A stretch of DNA of 63,883 nucleotides, the filler included, from Octopus bimaculoides (Eukaryota), in the NCBI RefSeq assembly GCF_001194135.2. It is 4 parts of 4 records of this genome, joined end to end, with 100 filler letters (N's around TTAATTAATTAA, not from the genome) between each part and the next. Parts side by side here need not be neighbours in the genome. Positions count along the whole stretch, not along the records: positions 29,199 to 54,232 come from NC_068991.1; 3 more parts are not named here. One strand, written 5' to 3'. Below the pieces are notes generated by a model. It did no database searches. It saw only the letters and a program-made list of their open reading frames with translations, and was not told the DNA's origin. Positions 36,583 to 50,444 of this stretch are shown piece by piece. A program made the position numbers and the translations under genes. Each line of letters opens with the position of its first letter. The stretch's first letter is position 1.

Positions 36583-37322
36583 CCCCTAATGAATAGTGCT
36601 ACTAATGATAATATCTAATCACATCAACAATAACAATAATAATAATAATTACAATAACAATGCCAAATAAAAGTGTTTAAATAATGAACTCCTTCCAACT
36701 GATATAAAAATAAACAAACACACAATCCCTTAACCATCAACATCATTTCACTATCACCATTATTGTCAATAAGGGTACCACCACCACCACCACCATCATC
36801 CTCATTGTTATCATCACCATCATTCATTTTCTAAAATCCAGGTTGGGTGCTGCTACTATTTCTACTACTACTACTACTACTACTAAAACAATTACAACAC
36901 CTGTTTTCCTTTTGTTTTTTTTTGTTTTTTTTACAAAATATATTATTTATTATTGATTTCTCCCCTCCCCATCCATTTATATTTGCTGTTCTGTTTTTAA
37001 TTAACAAAGAAAAAAAAATTGTAGGAATCTATTGTAAAACAAAATGAAAAACAAAACATCCAGAAACAACAACAAAAATTGCAGTAATAGCAAGTACTTC
37101 ATTAGCAACAACAGCAACAACATATAACAAAGATGAAAATATAAGTGACAACAGAAGATATAAAGTAAAGAAAAAAAATTCAAACATTCCAGAACTTTAT
37201 GTAAAAAAGCAATTGCAGGATATACATACATACATATATATATATATATATTGTGATGTTTCACATTGCAAGCACCAGTTTGAAATTGAAATGAAAAACA
37301 GGCTGCCCAACTAATGGGTTGA

Positions 37323-37377
<55 letters not shown>

Positions 37378-37874
37378 GTATATTGCTTACTTGGCAGTCC
37401 TGCTTTACAAATGACATTACAGAGTGCCTGTTAATCCCATGTCTCTCTCCCTTTCTCTCTCTCAAATAACATACATGAATATATTTTTCTTTGGAATGGT
37501 TTACCTTACTATTTCTATAAAAGAATCAGTCAATTGTTAAGTGCAACAGGACAGATTAAACTTCATCTGTATACATATTACTAACATAACCTATTCTACA
37601 CTCCAGTTACAAACATAAGTCACCCGCCCTGACATTGATTCTATATGTATGACCAGAAATATATGTATATAATATATATATATATTATTATTATTATTAT
37701 TATTGAAATTATTTTTTTTTTTGTTTCACAAATACTTTTTTTTGTTTGTTTACATTTGTTTTGTTTTGTTTGTCTGTTTGCATAGTTTGGACTTTGACTT
37801 CTCTTCCCCCTATCCCTTCTCCACTTGACATCATTTACACACAAAGCATCTCTATAGAAATGTATAGGTGTGTC

Positions 37875-37905
<31 letters not shown>

Positions 37906-39876
37906 GTATATACATGTCTACAAGCATGCTTTATACATATATATATAGTTCTATGTATATATTTACATTAATAAGGAAATCCTTATATATGTATATATAG
38001 ACACACACACACAAAAATGCATAAATCATATTATATATAAACACAAATATATATATATGTATATATATATATGTATGTTTATGTACAACAGATATATATA
38101 TATAATCAGTCTATATCATGATTATATAACCTCAATATATATAACTACAACGGGAGATTACACACAAATTTCATACCACACAAAATATCTTTATATGAAA
38201 AGTTTACAAATGAAAAAAAATGTTATAATTTTTTTAACATTTTTCTTAATTTTATTTTCATTATTATTAATTAATTTTTTTTTTCATTTACATTCTTTTG
38301 TTGATTTACAATTTTTTTTTTTTTTTTCAAATGATGAAAAGAATATTTCTGTGAGATATACTTTTCATATCGACCATCTTTCCTTTTACAGAGCGCCGAC
38401 GATAAAAATTCTTCATTTGAATTTCTGTTTCACTGACTTCTTCACCTGTTTTTTTTCTCTCTATTATTTTTTTTTTATATAGAAAAAGAGTTTCTAATTT
38501 CTAATTAACATTTATTAAATAATTNNNNNNNNNNNNNNNNNNNNNNNNNNNNNNNNNNNNNNNNNNNNNNNNNNNNNNNNNNNNNNNNNNNNNNNNNNNN
38601 NNNNNNNNNNNNNNNNNNNNNNNNNNNNNNNNNNNNNNNNNNNNNNNNNNNNNNNNNNNNNNNNNNNNNNNNNNNNNNNNNNNNNNNNNNNNNNNNNNNN
38701 NNNNNNNNNNNNNNNNNNNNNNNNNNNNNNNNNNNNNNNNNNNNNNNNNNNNNNNNNNNNNNNNNNNNNNNNNNNNNNNNNNNNNNNNNNNNNNNNNNNN
38801 NNNNNNNNNNNNNNNNNNNNNNNNNNNNNNNNNNNNNNNNNNNNNNNNNNNNNNNNNNNNNNNNNNNNNNNNNNNNNNNNNNNNNNNNNNNNNNNNNNNN
38901 NNNNNNNNNNNNNNNNNNNNNNNNNNNNNNNNNNNNNNNNNNNNNNNNNNNNNNNNNNNNNNNNNNNNNNNNNNNNNNNNNNNNNNNNNNNNNNNNNNNN
39001 NNNNNNNNNNNNNNNNNNNNNNNNNNNNNNNNNNNNNNNNNNNNNNNNNNNNNNNNNNNNNNNNNNNNNNNNNNNNNNNNNNNNNNNNNNNNNNNNNNNN
39101 NNNNNNNNNNNNNNNNNNNNNNNNNNNNNNNNNNTATATATATATACTTATGTATGTATGTGTGTATGTATATATATATATATATAAGTTTAAACAGTTT
39201 CACATTTTTTTTCCTCCACACCCCTATCTGTTTATAGAGCTAGCTATCATAATATGTAACTCATATACCTACACCCTACCTACCTACATACATAAATACA
39301 TACATATATACATTCATGTATGTATATACATATAGGGCAGTGGAGGAGATGCAAGAGATAACAAACGTAATCTAACTGCTTGGGTAACATTTAAGCCATA
39401 TCTTAAACTTCCAATGTTGAATCACTGTGAGCAGTACCAGTAATTCACTGAAATCCTTTCACACAACTTACGACCATGTCCTTGCATACCTGGTCAAAAT
39501 ATACGAGCATATATATGCTTATACACATAAATACAGGCATATATATTTATGTATATACACTCACATGCATATATACAAACATACACATACATGCATGTAC
39601 TTATGATGGCAGATAAACCAAACCTTCGAAGTCACTATCATGAGCATTCTTTTCCTTGTTAAAATATTTAAATATGGTATTCTATGGAAAAGTATTGAGT
39701 GACCCTTCAGTTTCATGGTGGGTTCGATGGTTTTTATATGTGACATTATATACGTGAACACCTGTATGTATATGTTTATATTCATTTGCATACGTGTGCA
39801 AATACATTTGTGTGTGCAAATAAATAAAAAAACAAACATACATATATACTTACATTTACATACACAGATAAATCCA

Positions 39877-39919
<43 letters not shown>

Positions 39920-41459
39920 NNNNNNNNNNNNNNNNNNNNNNNNNNNNNNNNNNNNNNNNNNNNNNNNNNNNNNNNNNNNNNNNNNNNNNNNNNNNNNNNN
40001 NNNNNNNNNNNNNNNNNNNNNNNNNNNNNNNNNNNNNNNNNNNNNNNNNNNNNNNNNNNNNNNNNNNNNNNNNNNNNNNNNNNNNNNNNNNNNNNNNNNN
40101 NNNNNNNNNNNNNNNNNNNNNNNNNNNNNNNNNNNNNNNNNNNNNNNNNNNNNNNNNNNNNNNNNNNNNNNNNNNNNNNNNNNNNNNNNNNNNNNNNNNN
40201 NNNNNNNNNNNNNNNNNNNNNNNNNNNNNNNNNNNNNNNNNNNNNNNNNNNNNNNNNNNNNNNNNNNNNNNNNNNNNNNNNNNNNNNNNNNNNNNNNNNN
40301 NNNNNNNNNNNNNNNNNNNNNNNNNNNNNNNNNNNNNNNNNNNNNNNNNNNNNNNNNNNNNNNNNNNNNNNNNNNNNNNNNNNNNNNNNNNNNNNNNNNN
40401 NNNNNNNNNNNNNNNNNNNNNNNNNNNNNNNNNNNNNNGTATATATATTCTGCATATGCATATATGTATGTACATAGCTGTATATCTACCCATTATGATA
40501 GCTGGTTCCACCACCTTTCTATGAGACATGTTGAAGAATTTCTGAAATAAAAAAAAAAAAAGGAAAGAAGAAAAAATGTTTAATAATAATACTAATAATA
40601 ATGATAATAACAAGAACAAATATAATAATATCACAAAAAAGAAAAATAAATAAAATCTGAAACAAAAAAAAAACAAAAAAGAAATACAGAACTAAATAAA
40701 TATACAAACAAAAGATTTTCCCCTTGCTGTGTATGTTTTTAAATCTTGAAGTTTTAATTTATAAAAATACCTTTCAGAAATCTAAATAAATTATAAAACT
40801 ATTTCTTGCTTGTTTTTGTGAGTTTATTATTATTCCTTTTATTTCTACTATTTTTCTCTAGTTTTTAATCTTTATAAAGAATTTACTTTTGAAACTCAGC
40901 ATGATTTTAATATCTATGTTCTCTGAGAATTTGAGAAAGGACCTCTTCTGTACAGTGGTTGAATCAGTGTTGTCTTAAGGTTCTTTTACTTGGGAAAGCT
41001 TGAAACTATACTGGATGCATTGAGCACACAGTTCCTATAATTTTGAATATATCTCAGAAAGAACATTCCCTAATAAAGAAAAATTGTAGAAGAATCTTAG
41101 AAAAGAAATTGCTTTCCTGGACACTGCTGAATTAAAGGGGAGCTGGTTAGCAGTACCCTATTCTGGGTACTCCAACATGGTCTTAATCACAGTTTCTGCC
41201 CTGCAAAGTCATACATTGATCGAGAGGAGTAGTCAAATGCAATGATAGAGATAAGAAGAGTTCTATGTGAATTGGAATTAACTTGATATAGATAATGGCT
41301 CGAAGATTTATTTCATCACCTGGTCTAACATCATCTGACCTTTTGGTGTCTTTGTTTTTCGTTTTACTGTTTAGTCAAAGAGAGAAGGGCAACTCTACCC
41401 TACTACACTAATTGATAATAACCTCTCCTCCATAAAAAAAAAAAAAGTGAGGGCAGACA

Positions 41460-41846
41460 TTGTTATTGTTGTTGGCACTCTGTCGCTTACGACGTCGAGG
41501 ATTCCAGTTGATCCGATCAACGGAACAGCCTGCTCGTGAAATTAACGTGCAAGTGGTTGAGCACTCCACAGACACGTGTACCCTTAACGTAGTTCTCGGG
41601 GATATTCAGCGTGACACAGTGTAACAAGGCTGGCCTTTTGAATTACAGGCACAACAGAAACAGGAAGAAAGAGTGAGAGATAGTTGTGGTGAAAGGGTAC
41701 AGCAGGGTTTGCCACCATCCGCTGCCGGAGCCTCGTGGAGCTTTAGGTGTTTTCGCTCAATAAACACTCACAACGCCCGCTCTGGGAATCGAAACCGCGA
41801 TCCTATGACCGCGAGTCCGCTGCCCTAACCACTGGGCCATTGCGCC
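41460..41846 (-). mobile_element. tRNA-derived SINE family E with (CAA)n tail, full length, CpG-rich
   Basis: Head ggcgcaatggcccagtggttagggcagcggactcg..ggtttcgattccc; inverted homologue of 44760-45142. Confidence 0.88.
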
Positions 41847-42495
41847 CCCACAAGGGCAGAAATTAATGGAACTAAAATGAAACTTTACATGTTCTGATTC
41901 TTTTTGCATGGTGATCCAGTTTTCCATCACACAGAGTAAAAGAACAGGATGCTCATGGCTGGAATATCTTTGAGCATAGGTCTATTCAATCAATGTTGAC
42001 TTGGAGCTTAACAGCACAGCAATCGAAATCATATTACCTACCCTGGTGCAATTTGGAACTAATTTCGAATTTGATATTACCCGCTTCATTGTCTATATTG
42101 TGTACTTCTTGATTTAGATAAAATGATAAATTATTATGGCTCTCACTCAGTCACAGTGTGTGTGTTTGGGTTTTGTACTGAATTCTAGCGCTAACATCGC
42201 TCAATTGCTCTAAGTATACTTTATAAAACCTTACACAACATACATACATACACAAGAATCACCTTTTAAATTACTTACAGAGATCTCTGAAGTTTTTTTG
42301 CAGCCAAACGGGAATAAGACTATTGAACTATAGCAGTGTGAGCAGCGTTTACAGTTGCATTAAAAACGTATGCTGTGACTTCTGGAAAGACCAGTTTGAA
42401 TAATTAAGCGTAGTAGCACTGGAATCCAGTAGATTGTTCCCTTGTGTTCTGCTCAGTGGAAAATTGATGATAAAATAGGTTCCCAGCCCAAATAC

Positions 42496-42526
<31 letters not shown>

Positions 42527-43446
42527 NNNNNNNNNNNNNNNNNNNNNNNNNNNNNNNNNNNNNNNNNNNNNNNNNNNNNNNNNNNNNNNNNNNNNNNNNN
42601 NNNNNNNNNNNNNNNNNNNNNNNNNNNNNNNNNNNNNNNNNNNNNNNNNNNNNNNNNNNNNNNNNNNNNNNNNNNNNNNNNNNNNNNNNNNNNNNNNNNN
42701 NNNNNNNNNNNNNNNNNNNNNNNNNNNNNNNNNNNNNNNNNNNNNNNNNNNNNNNNNNNNNNNNNNNNNNNNNNNNNNNNNNNNNNNNNNNNNNNNNNNN
42801 NNNNNNNNNNNNNNNNNNNNNNNNNNNNNNNNNNNNNNNNNNNNNNNNNNNNNNNNNNNNNNNNNNNNNNNNNNNNNNNNNNNNNNNNNNNNNNNNNNNN
42901 NNNNNNNNNNNNNNNNNNNNNNNNNNNNNNNNNNNNNNNNNNNNNNNNNNNNNNNNNNNNNNNNNNNNNNNNNNNNNNNNNNNNNNNNNNNNNNNNNNNN
43001 NNNNNNNNNNNNNNNNNNNNNNNNNNNNNNNNNNNNNNNNNNNNNNNNNNNNNNNNNNNNNNNNNNNNNNNNNNNNNNNNNNNNNNNNNNNNNNNNNNNN
43101 NNNNNNNNNNNNNNNNNNNNNNNNNNNNNNNNNNNNNNNNNNNNNNNNNNNNNNNNNNNNNNNNNNNNNNNNNNNNNNNNNNNNNNNNNNNNNNNNNNNN
43201 NNNNNNNNNNNNNNNNNNNNNNNNNATATGTTTAATCTTGGCGTACCTGTTGACGAAGACTCCGCCTAGCAAATTATTTTATTTGCTAATATAGAGTCAT
43301 GAACCATGGTCCAGGAGATAGATGGTAAATGTTTTTATTTTTTATTCCCTTCGAAATTTATCCCTAATAGTGGTTTGGATTTTGGCTATTCCTTCTAGCA
43401 TGCCAGGTATCCTATGATGGTTACCTCTTATGTGTTTAAATGTACA

Positions 43447-43480
<34 letters not shown>

Positions 43481-43574
43481 ACATACATACATGCAATTCT
43501 GCGTGTAGTATGTATGTCAAGCAGTGGGAGGAGGGACAGAAACACAAAGACACACATACATACACACACACACA

Positions 43575-43735
43575 CACACGACGAGTGTCTTTCAGTTTCC
43601 ATCTACCAAATTCAGTTATGGCTTTGGTTGACCTGATATTACAATACAAAACACTTGGCCAAGGTGTCATGCAGTGGGACTGATTCCGGAACCATGTGGG
43701 CTGGGATGCAAACTTATTAAGCACACACCCACTCC
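43575..43735 (-). mobile_element. SINE family A 5' fragment
   Basis: tttcagtttccatctaccaaatt..cacttggccaaggtgtcatgcagtgggactga. Confidence 0.75.
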
Positions 43736-43791
43736 TGCACTTCTCTCTCTATATATATGTGAGTGCGTGTGTTTGTGTGTGTGTATGTGCA

Positions 43792-43822
<31 letters not shown>

Positions 43823-44077
43823 TGAAAACTGATACGTGGAATTCGTTTAATACGTACGTTTCGGGTTTGCGTACTATATAATAGAAAAAGCATTCATTAC
43901 GTAAACTTTCCTCAGTTAAAGCATTTCAAAACTATGTGGAATCTCTAATAACCATTTGGAGTAGTTTGCTACTGTGCATCGCTTCTTTGCGTAACACAAA
44001 ATATCTAAAAATGCAACTGTCCGACGAACGGGAATGTGAAACTCTGAGTAACAGTTTGTGAAATTTTTTTCGGTATG

Positions 44078-44122
<45 letters not shown>

Positions 44123-44759
44123 NNNNNNNNNNNNNNNNNNNNNNNNNNNNNNNNNNNNNNNNNNNNNNNNNNNNNNNNNNNNNNNNNNNNNNNNNNNNNN
44201 NNNNNNNNNNNNNNNNNNNNNNNNNNNNNNNNNNNNNNNNNNNNNNNNNNNNNNNNNNNNNNNNNNNNNNNNNNNNNNNNNNNNNNNNNNNNNNNNNNNN
44301 NNNNNNNNNNNNNNNNNNNNNNNNNNNNNNNNNNNNNNNNNNNNNNNNNNNNNNNNNNNNNNNNNNNNNNNNNNNNNNNNNNNNNNNNNNNNNNNNNNNN
44401 NNNNNNNNNNNNNNNNNNNNNNNNNNNNNNNNNNNNNNNNNNNNNNNNNNNNNNNNNNNNNNNNNNNNNNNNNNNNNNNNNNNNNNNNNNNNNNNNNNNN
44501 NNNNNNNNNNNNNNNNNNNNNNNNNNNNNNNNNNNNNNNNNNNNNNNNNNNNNNNNNNNNNNNNNNNNNNNNNNNNNNNNNNNNNNNNNNNNNNNNNNNN
44601 NNNNNNNNNNNNNNNNNNNNNNNNNNNNNNNNNNNNNNNNNNNNNNNNNNNNNNNNNNNNNNNNNNNNNNNNNNNNNNNNNNNNNNNNNNNNNNNNNNNN
44701 NNNNNNNNNNNNNNNNNNNNNNNNNNNNNNNNNNNNNNNNNNNNNNNNNNNNNNNNNNN

Positions 44760-45142
44760 AATGGCCCAGTGGTTAGAGCAGCGGACTCGCGATCATAGGA
44801 TCGCGGTTTCGATTCCCAGATCGGGCGTTGTGAGTGTTTATTGAGCGAAAACACCTAAAAGCTCCACGAGGCTCCGGCAGGGGATGGTGGTGAACCCTAC
44901 TGTACTCTTTCACCACAACTTTCTCTCACTCTTACTTCCTGTTTCTGTTGTGCCTGTAATTCAAAGGGTTAGCCTTGTCACACTGTGTCATGCTGAATAT
45001 CCCCGAGAACTACGTTAAGGGTACACGTGTCTGTGGAGTGCTCAGCCACTTGCACGTTAATTTCACGAGCAGGCTGTTCCGTTGATCGGATCAACTGGAA
45101 CCCTCGACGTCGTAAGCGACGGCGTGCCAACAACAACAACAA
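44760..45142 (+). mobile_element. SINE family E
   Basis: atggcccagtggttagagcagcggactcg...gtgccaacaacaacaac. Confidence 0.88.
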
Positions 45143-46299
45143 TAGTTACATATCTAGACATGGTCGTATATATTTAAATGATAATCTTCTGGAGAGTTTT
45201 AAAGATTTATACAGTTCCAGTGATGGATTGGACCAGTAGTCTTCGAATTAGCTTTCTCTTTTCTGGTTTTGTATGTATGTATGTATGTATGTATGTATGT
45301 ACACATACATATATACATACATGTACCTACATTCTTGTCGATTTATGCAGCTTCTTTACTACAGCTGTCTTGAGCAGAATCTCGTAGTAAACACCTAAAT
45401 GTCTGAAAGGAACAATGCAAGATAGTGACAAGGAGAACCAACATAGCAACCAAATCGGAAGGGGGTCGTTTTTTTTTTCNNNNNNNNNNNNNNNNNNNNN
45501 NNNNNNNNNNNNNNNNNNNNNNNNNNNNNNNNNNNNNNNNNNNNNNNNNNNNNNNNNNNNNNNNNNNNNNNNNNNNNNNNNNNNNNNNNNNNNNNNNNNN
45601 NNNNNNNNNNNNNNNNNNNNNNNNNNNNNNNNNNNNNNNNNNNNNNNNNNNNNNNNNNNNNNNNNNNNNNNNNNNNNNNNNNNNNNNNNNNNNNNNNNNN
45701 NNNNNNNNNNNNNNNNNNNNNNNNNNNNNNNNNNNNNNNNNNNNNNNNNNNNNNNNNNNNNNNNNNNNNNNNNNNNNNNNNNNNNNNNNNNNNNNNNNNN
45801 NNNNNNNNNNNNNNNNNNNNNNNNNNNNNNNNNNNNNNNNNNNNNNNNNNNNNNNNNNNNNNNNNNNNNNNNNNNNNNNNNNNNNNNNNNNNNNNNNNNN
45901 NNNNNNNNNNNNNNNNNNNNNNNNNNNNNNNNNNNNNNNNNNNNNNNNNNNNNNNNNNNNNNNNNNNNNNNNNNNNNNNNCATCGCCACCACCACCACCA
46001 CCACCACCACCTCCACCACCACCTCTACTAGTACTACTACCATCACTACCATCACGACAACTATCATCACCTCCGTGACCGCCACCGTCAGTACTAGCGC
46101 CTCTACTACCACCCTCACCACCACCAATACCATCACCATCACCACCATCACCACCATCACTACCTCCACTACCAGAACCACCAACGTGCCATAATCTTCA
46201 CCATCACCACGATCATTATCATCATCATCATCGTCACTAGTACTACCGCAAACACCGCTATTCAACTCAAAATGGCTGACCTTGTTCCTAAGCTTTGAA

Positions 46300-46700
46300 A
46301 GGCGGCCGGCTGGAAGAATCGTTACCAGGCCGGGCAAAAATGCTTAGCGGCATTTCGTCCGTCTTTGCGCTCGGAGCTGAAATTCCGCCGAGGTCGACTC
46401 TGCTTTTTATCCTTTCGGGGTCGATAAATTAAGTACCAGTTATGCACTGGGTCGATGTAATCGACTTAATCCCCTTGTCTGTCCCTGTTTGTCCCCTCTA
46501 TGTTTAGCCCCTTGTGGGCAATAAAGAAATAAGAATCGTTACTCCGTCTTTACGCTCTGAGTTCAAATTCCGCCGAGGTCGACTCTGCCCTTTTATCCTT
46601 TCGGAGGTCGATAACTTAAGTACCAGAGGAGCACTGGGATAGATGTAATCGACTTGTCTCTTCCTCACAAATTTCAGGTTTGTGCCTTTAATATTATTCC
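46300..46700 (+). mobile_element. Two tandem SINE family B copies, CpG-intact
   Basis: aaattccgccgaggtcgactctgc..atcctttcgg.gtcgataa.ttaagtaccag at ~46380 and ~46565. Confidence 0.85.
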
Positions 46701-47119
46701 AAAATTATTATATTTATTTCGATTCGGTAGAGTGAAACTTGAGAGGAAAGTTTTGAATGCTATTTCTAGCCGATCGAACGACCCGGGAGAAGTGGTTTCA
46801 TCGTTGGTTGATTGTGTCGTCTGGTGTGTTTTGTCTTATGTGGTCTGTTTGTTGGCTCCACATGAACGAATCTTTTGTGAGGCTAATTAGCGAAGTGGGT
46901 CGGGAACCAGAGCAACTAGGGCAGAAGAAAGTAACATATATATATATATATGAGAGATAGATAGATGTATAGAGGAAGGGAGAGAGAGAGAGGGAGCGAG
47001 AGGGACAGAGGGAGAGAGAAAGGAAGTGGGTGTATGAAATGCTGGATTGCTGTCATAATTACTTTTATTGCTCTTATCTGTTTCTCATCTCCCATTATGT
47101 TGGAATGGTTTGTGACGGA

Positions 47120-47657
47120 CGAGCGTATCACCACGACGCCTACGACGACTGTGGTGACGGCGACGATGATGACAATGATGACGATGATGGTGATGATGAT
47201 TGTGATAATGATGATGATGATGAGGATGATGATGATAACGATGACGATGATGATGTTTACGGCACGGATGGCCACGACGATAACAACTACACGAAGACGA
47301 CGACGCGATGACACGACGACGACGACTGTGCTGACGGCGACGATGATGACGGCCATGATTGACGGTTGTGTTGGCGGCAGTTGCCGTGGGATAACGACGA
47401 CGACGACGATGATGACGATGATGACGATGATGGTGATGATGATAGTGATGATGATGACGATGATGATGATGATGATGATAATGATGAGAATGATGATGTT
47501 TACGGCACGGATGGCCACGACGACAACAACTACACGAAGACGACGACGACGACACGATTACACGACGACGACGATGATGATGATGACACCAGGGTGACGA
47601 CGATGATGATGGTTATGTTGACTGGCGGTGGTGCGGCAGTAACGATGACAGGATAAC

Positions 47658-47719
<62 letters not shown>

Positions 47720-48130
47720 GGATGATGATGATAGCGATGATGGTGATGTTTACGGCACGGATGGCCACGACGACAACAACTACACGAAGACGACAACGAC
47801 GCGATGACGCGACGACACGATGACACGACGACGACGATGATGATGGTGATGATGACACCAGGGTGACGACGATGATAATGGTAATGCTGACTGCGGTGGT
47901 GCGGCAGTAACGATGACAGGATAACGATGATGATGATGATGATGATGATGATGCTGATGCTGCTGCTGCTGATGATGATGATGATGACGACGACGACGAC
48001 GACGACGACGACGATGATGATGATCATTGTTGTAGTGATAGTGGTAGTTGTGGTGGTGGATTATGATTACAATGCTGATGACAACGACGGCGATGACAAT
48101 AGTGATGATGTTGATACTGCTGCTACTGAT
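47120..48130. repeat. Higher-order (GAT/GAC)n repeat with a ~245-bp period
   Basis: gtttacggcacggatggccacgacga.aacaactacacgaagacgac recurs at ~47255, 47498 and 47748. Confidence 0.85.
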
Positions 48131-48235
48131 GATGAGGAACTGGGTGCGGGGAAATGGCAGAGAGATGACGAGACTTTGGGCTGAAGGAAGGGGACTTATT
48201 CGAGATGTAGATAAGGTAAAAATAGATAACCGTCT

Positions 48236-48236
<1 letters not shown>

Positions 48237-48292
<56 letters not shown>

Positions 48293-48309
48293 CATGTCTG
48301 CCTGCATGT

Positions 48310-48344
<35 letters not shown>

Positions 48345-48385
48345 CATGTCTGCCTGCATGTCTGCCTGCCTGCCTGCATGTCTGT
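48237..48385. repeat. (CCTG)n tetranucleotide tract with CATGTCTG variants
   Basis: Directly visible. Confidence 0.95.
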
Positions 48386-48435
48386 CCAGATGGCTAGCTG
48401 GTTTGTTTGCTGGCTGGCCGGTTAGCTTGATCTGA

Positions 48436-48520
48436 GGAGGCGTGGCTGTGCGGTAAGAAGCTTGCTTCCCAACCACATGGCCTCGGGTTCGGTCCCATTG
48501 CGTGGTACTTTGTGCAAGTA
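48436..48520 (+). mobile_element. SINE family A head
   Basis: gcgtggctgtgcggtaagaagcttgcttcccaaccacatgg..gggttcggtcccattgcgtgg. Confidence 0.75.
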
Positions 48521-48569
48521 TACATATGCACACGCGCGCACACACACCACACAGTGTGCACGTGTACAT

Positions 48570-49325
48570 ATATGCACATACCGAGAAAGCGCAACAGGGA
48601 AGTGGAGTTCTCGCTGTCCCTGGATCTAAATGAATGCGAGTACTGTGAATACTTTCTCTTGAAGTCATTGGCTGTCATGCCCGTATAGTGCCTAGTGATG
48701 CCATCGGATGGTGTAAGGGTGGCTCTGTATACTACAGCCCTAGAGAGGCAGGATCCTCCTAGAGGGCAGGTGGTAGGTTGAGGTTAGGGTTTGTGTGGGT
48801 GCGTTTTTATGTATGTTGGTGCGTGCTATGTTAGATGCGACGTTGTCTAAGCAGGAGTAGCTTACGGGTTGAAGAGTTTGTAATACCTATGGACTCTAGG
48901 GAAATGTTTCTTTATTAACGACAGTAAGCCCATGGCTACCTTGGAAGAAACTTTTAGGTTAAATTGGGGGTTATATCAGATTATTTTCCTTTTCCTAATT
49001 CTCATGGAGTGAAGAGAGGATGTTTAGGGTTCGTGAGCTTCTCAGAAAATCCACTCCTAGCCAAAGCATCGTTGTAGTGGTGGTTGTGGTGGGGCGACCC
49101 GATTAAAGATCTCCATGTTGGCTGCGAGTGTAGACAGCCGTTTGCTAATGCCTGAAACCAGGTTTCTAATTACAGCAGAGGTGCGAGGTTTGAGCTCTTT
49201 CGGATATATACCGTTTCTTCATTAGGCTTTCTGTTGCGGTTGTATTTGCCCGTGTTCAAGTCTAAGGTTACGTCCAAGAACTTGACCGTAGTCAGGTTGG
49301 TAGTAACCGTTATGGATAAGCCGAA
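48570..49325 (-). mobile_element. Penelope-like element: RT C-terminus, linker and GIY-YIG N-half
   Basis: TVKFLDVTLDLNTGKY..KPNEETVYI; II.YNPQFN..LLSLIKKHFP; SYSC; CPLGGSCLSRAVVYRA..YTGMTANDFK. Confidence 0.88.
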
Positions 49326-50444
49326 TTCTTATATATATGTATATATGTATATATAAACCATAAAACTCAAGACAATGGGTATGAGAGTTATATGAGAAAA
49401 TACATTTACTTAATTGCGTGTCGCACTTAAGGTTACAGCCGTTTCGCAACTTTCTTCATGTAGTATCGATTTCAGTGTTGAAGAAAAATATACCCACAAG
49501 TTTGTATTAATATGTATGCTCGGCATTATACAGTATAGTTGTATATTTACAAATCAACGTAAATAAAGAAAGCCAGCTCATCAAGTCACCAGAACATCAA
49601 AGTTGTACCAACTACTCAACTGTAAGTATACACAGAATTTTCTCTTTATTTGTACAATGTATGGAAGACCGAGGTGAGATAAAATTAACATGGTTTGGTA
49701 TGTAAAGATAAAAATATGTTGCTTCGTATCAATTCAAGGAACTGACTATCCTTAATGAATAAAAAAATAAAAAATAAAAAAAAAACCTAGGAATCATTGG
49801 TCAGAAGAGAAGTAGTTAGAAAACTATTTAAAAAGTATGTAAAAAGATATAATATCTATTGACTTTTAGTCAAAGTAGTTATATGAATGGGTAAGTGGGA
49901 AGAAAAACAAACAGCTGGAGATTTAAAGATTAAACCGAGAAAAATAGTGAGCTACAAATAAGGTTAAAAGTCAAAGACCTCGCGTTTAGACTTTCAAATT
50001 TTAATCACACTTTACAACCACACCTCAGAAATATATTCCGGATTTTCTGGATTCCAGCTGCATTTGCCCTCTACATTACCTTTCACAGTTTTAGATTACC
50101 GAGTGGACTATTAGCCGAGTCCGTAAGAGGAGCTCCCTGTGGTAACCAAACGATTTTCTGAATCCAGTATCACCGAAGCCGCATGGCTGAAACGATCAGA
50201 AGTATAAAAAAAATAAAAGAATATGATACACGTGCTTTCTCCGGACTGTCTGGTTGTTCCGCCTTTTCCTTTTCTCTGGATGTTTTCCTCTAGAGCCAAA
50301 CTCCAAAAGTCATTTCTACTCCTATTTTCCCGTCTAAAACTTTTCATTGAGTATCAGTCTAATATATCGAACTGTGTACGTCTCATTGATCTTTGATGCT
50401 TTATCTGTTTTTTAATTTTATTTTGCATTTGCCTATCTTTTATT

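Noticed and set aside
37001-37200. Hydrophobic TM-like translation
   Set aside because: Low-complexity TTG/TTT sequence without splice signals
38330-38447. GEEVSETEIQMKNFYRRRSVKGK... possible terminal exon
   Set aside because: The acceptor is purine-rich, with no supporting homology
41780-41846. tRNA-like heads of SINEs A, B and E
   Set aside because: Continue into SINE bodies with simple-repeat tails; not functional tRNAs
47120-48130. CRISPR-like or reflectin-like reading of the periodic repeat
   Set aside because: Spacers are triplet microsatellites, there are no cas genes, and no reflectin M/F-D-X5-M-D motif is present
49431-49463. GAAAC-ggct-GTA hammerhead-like end
   Set aside because: Core reads CTACATGA and there is no stem II; too degenerate
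50079-50165. Segment with a strong acceptor, PCGFGDTGFRKSFG...
   Set aside because: Isolated; no partner exons or recognisable family
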